Below the pieces are notes generated by a model that was not told where the DNA came from, did not search any database, and saw only the letters and a list, made by a program, of their open reading frames with translations. A stretch of 64,000 bases of DNA. It comes from Squalus acanthias (taxonomy: Eukaryota). Shown in pieces: positions 63,291 to 64,000 of this stretch. The stretch spans positions 138,882,001 through 138,946,000 of the forward strand of contig CM059432.1 in NCBI GenBank assembly GCA_030390025.1, in the 5' to 3' direction. The position numbers were made by a program, and so were the translations under genes. The stretch's first letter is position 1; each line of letters begins with the position of its first letter.

Positions 63291-64000
63291 AGAGCGGCCC
63301 AAGAGCGGACCTGCATTAAAGCAACGGCAGCGGCGAGAGGATAAAGAACGGCCCGAGAGCGGACCTGAATTAAAGCAGCGGCAGCGGCGAGAGGATAAAG
63401 AGTGGCCCGAGAGCGGACCTGAATTAAAGCAGCGGCGAGAGGATAAAGAGTGGCCCGAGAGCGGACCTGAATTAAAGCAGCGGCAGCGGCGAGAGGATAA
63501 AGAGTGGCCCGAGAGCGGACCTGAATTAAAGCAGCGGCAGCGGCAAGAGGATAAAGAGCGGCCCGAGAGCGGAGCTGAATTAAAGCAGTGGCAGCGGCGA
63601 GAGGATAAAGAACGGCCCGAGAGCGGACCTGAATTAAAGCAGCGGCAGCGGCGAGAGGATAAAGAGTGGCCCGAGAGCGGACCTGAATTAAAGCAGCGGC
63701 GAGAGGATAAAGAGTGGCCCGAGAGCGGACCTGAATTAAAGCAGCGGCAGCGGCGAGAGGATAAAGAGTGGCCCGAGAGCGGACCTGAATTAAAGCAGCG
63801 GCAGCGGCGAGAGGATAAAGAGCGGCCCGAGAGCGGACCTGAATTAAAGCAGCGGCAGCAGCGAGAAGATAAAGAGCGGCCCGAGAGCGGACCTGAATTA
63901 AAGCAGCGGCAGCGGCGAGAAGATAAAGAGCGGCCCGAGAGCGGACCTGAATTAAAGCAGCGGCAGCGGCGAGAAGATAAAGAGCGGCCCGAGAGCGGAC
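63291..64000 (+). repeat. Tandem array of 54-bp (and 48-bp) units, truncated by the window edge
   Basis: Unit GAGAGCGGACCTGAATTAAAGCAGCGGCAGCGGCGAGAGGATAAAGAGYGGCCC. GGAC recurs at 63307, 63361, 63415, 63463, 63517, 63571 (variant GGAG), 63625, 63679, 63727, 63781, 63835, 63889, 63943 and 63997. Confidence 0.98.

Larger units (their letters stand above)
61763..63292. mobile_element. Harbinger-like non-autonomous element interrupted by a Penelope fragment and a tandem array
   Basis: Left TIR GGGGCAGATTTTGCGG. Right subterminal region 63153-63292 is an inverted homolog of 54749-54886. The right TIR is not in the window. Confidence 0.55.

Noticed and set aside
63291..64000. CRISPR array or repetitive protein gene
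   Set aside because: Units are contiguous with no unique spacers, there are no cas genes and the context is eukaryotic. The open frame has no start codon or acceptor.

Overview
This is eukaryotic, repeat-rich vertebrate DNA, very probably from a shark or other cartilaginous fish, judged from SacSINE1/DeuSINE-like SINEs and the CR1, L2 and Penelope families present. The only host coding sequence I can support is one 167-nt internal exon of ZNF407 (minus strand, 12702-12868, two C2H2 fingers). The rest appears to be ZNF407 intron. It contains many truncated CR1 and L2 LINEs, tRNA-derived SINEs, non-autonomous DNA transposons (Harbinger/PIF-, Tc1/pogo- and hAT-type, several with TIRs and TSDs) and a decayed RPL37 processed pseudogene. 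It also holds two Penelope-like 3' ends carrying minimal hammerhead ribozyme motifs, a ~1.2-kb unassigned foldback element, a perfect 179-bp inverted repeat made of two CR1 tails, and a 54/48-bp tandem array with higher-order structure that runs off the right edge. There are no CRISPR arrays, rRNA genes or true tRNA genes. I found no convincing wholly new protein-coding system; the best leads are RNA-structural and transposon-related. Family names are from recall, not database searches, and repeat boundaries without a TIR/TSD are approximate (about +/-10-20 bp).
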